A DNA stretch of 64,000 bases from Pseudovirgaria hyperparasitica. Taxonomy: Eukaryota. The notes under the pieces were generated by a model. The model had not been told where the DNA came from, did not search any database, and saw nothing but the letters and a program-made list of their open reading frames with translations. The stretch lies in assembly GCA_010093815.1 (NCBI GenBank), contig ML996566.1; one strand, 5' to 3'. This document shows, piece by piece, positions 61,901-64,000 of this stretch. Every line of letters starts with the position of its first letter. Position 1 is the stretch's first letter. Both the position numbers and the translations under genes were made by a program.

Positions 61901-63349
61901 ATCAACATCTACCACTCTTTAAGACATTACCTAAAACATGCTGCCGAGACGGTCACATTCACAGCATCGTCTTGTCGTCGGGGCCATGGACCTGGTTCGG
62001 GCAGAAGAACGCCTCGCTGCATAGAAGCCTGCACGGAAATCAAACAGAAGCCGCTACGATCTCCCTACTTACTTCTCCGCATCCATGGAGTTTATAATAC
62101 GTTAATTCGAAACGCCACTGCACCGGCACCACACATATTCTATAAAGCTGCATCAAACACACGAGAAATCCTGGAGATCTGCACGCGCCTTGCCATGTTC
62201 GATTATATATCCGTAAGTTTGGCCAATCGCCTATGGATAGGTGCCTCTTCGCACGTAAAGATGCAACTAGACCCTTTACAAATAACCTCGAAACACTTAC
62301 TATATAGTCTCTGCTTGGTTCCATTGGCCACGGCGTCTTGTTATTTCCGTTCCCGGTAAAAGCACCCAATCCCGCGTAGTAGTGCACCATAGCTATGCAA
62401 GCCTCTGCTATACGATGGTGCCATGGCTGGCTTTAGTGGCCATCCCGTCGCAACGCCAAGGGGGTAGTAGTATCCTATAATATCACAAATCGAAGCCTGC
62501 ACAGAACGTCTAGAAACATTGCCCCGGGGCGAGGCTAGGGCGGATGGATAAGCTTGTTGAAACATAAGCGATGAATGTGCAGCGGCATGTCGGGAGTCAC
62601 AGCAAGGACTGACACATAACAAGGTGCGGCGCCCGCGGGCGGCTTGAGGAATGGTATTGGATCATTCTCCCCTTGAGCTTCTAATGGCCGATCCTAGAAA
62701 AAGCCACCCACAGCCACCAGATTCTCCTGGCTGATGGGCTAACACGCCACTAGTTAGTCAGGTGTACAGCCTTGAGGGGGGGCTGTAAAAGCCTCGGCCG
62801 CTGAGAATGTACAGAATAGCTCCAAGCAGTAACCGTGAATAGCCAGCTTGATCGATACACGTGACTAATATTCTAGTCTGCTTTATAGTGAAAAGTGCGA
62901 GAGGACTATCATCAATACTCGAACTGGCAAGGCGTGGTGTGTGGGTCTTTGCAGCCCGCAAGACCGCTCTATCCGCTCTATCAAAAAGCTGATGACTGTC
63001 TACACATGCATGCATAGTACTTTCCTTCGCATGTGCTTCCCTTCGAGTCAGTGACTTTCAGTCCACAGCATCATCCCAGAAGAAATCATCCAAGGAAGCC
63101 CTGTATCAAGCACGCAAAATGCTAAACAGAAAACCATGACTCTTAACACAATGTAAAATATTGGCACCATCTCTCGAGTCTCGACCATTCATCCGGAGGT
63201 CGCCGGCAGATAAGTCCTTGACCATGGACCGTCGACTATTGCATAGATCTCAAGCAGCAGGGTTTACCTACCTTCGATCCCTGTATCCCGTTTTGTTTCA
63301 TTTATCGCATAAGAACATCCTTGAGCCTTCTAGAAGGAAGTCCTGCATT

Positions 63350-64000
63350 CTGTAGGGTTGACTAACTAGCTAATGACTCGCATTTCCAGTAGTCTCCCGT
63401 TCGTCTTATCTTCTGCTTCAACGCTTCTGCAGGATACTGTAGGCTCTTTACTACTAGTATATGAGTCAAGTGGTAAACTTCAAGCATATTATGCTTAGCA
63501 ACAGTGGGTGCAAGCAGTCCCTGGTCGCTCTTTTTTAGATAAGGACCTTACTAAATAAAATCACTTACTATACCTAAACTTTTTTTTATATAGAGTTAAT
63601 GGTTTGAAGAATATAGATTGAAGGACTTTATTCCTTTGTGGTATGTACAGATTATTTACTTTATTCAGCTATGGGAGTGCTACGGAGACTAATCTAATTC
63701 AAAGATTAACGTTCATCTTTGGCGTAAGTATTGTTCTTACATATAAAGGTTATGCAATATTCAACTCTATTACATAATCAGTATAGATAGACCGCGAGAA
63801 TCTCCATATAGTTGTATTAAGTTATATCTATGTTACTACTAGATCGTGGGCCAGCCTTTTAATCCAGTAAGTTACTATTATACTATATCTAGAGGCCTAT
63901 GCTAACTTCTCGGAGACGTTCTTAAGCCTTACCTAGTTAATAGAATTTACAAGTTAGGTGCGACCGCGTCTTAGTAGAGGGCTAGTTTAAAGAATTATAC
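63350..64000. other. AT/TpA-rich, RIP-like degenerate sequence running off the window end
   Basis: Abrupt drop in GC, abundant TA, TAA and TAG, and no entry in the ORF track after 63355. Residual GTATGT/GTAAGT and CTAAT/GCTAAC motifs on +. Confidence 0.6.

Overview
Filamentous ascomycete (Pezizomycotina) genomic DNA with short spliceosomal introns. It carries 14 supportable protein-coding genes: PRPP synthetase, a Uds1-domain protein, mitochondrial PheRS, the mitochondrial dicarboxylate carrier, an Ama1/Cdc20-type APC/C activator, Rab GGTase alpha, a GH51 arabinofuranosidase divergent from an MFS sugar porter, Mms22/Mus7, dynactin p150, a small NuiA-like protein, Ssn6/Cyc8, acetylornithine aminotransferase, HMG-CoA lyase and a Zn2Cys6 factor. 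Three unexplained signals stand out. (1) A ~2 kb minus-strand structured non-coding RNA (~9480->7456) has a 1.5-repeat TTAGGG template, nested long-range helices, a CR4/5-like three-way junction and a U-rich/GC splice-site-like 3' end, making it a telomerase RNA candidate. (2) The Ama1-like gene can only make its WD40 domain by splicing a U2-type AT-AC intron that overlaps a frameshifting GT-AG alternative. (3) A small protein resembles the cyanobacterial nuclease inhibitor NuiA and has an optional presequence-like N-terminal extension. The window also holds a 5-nt microexon, a GC-AG intron, a hairpin minisatellite upstream of dynactin, a microsatellite-dense segment and a RIP-like right end. 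All structures and homologies were read by eye; no folding or database search was run.
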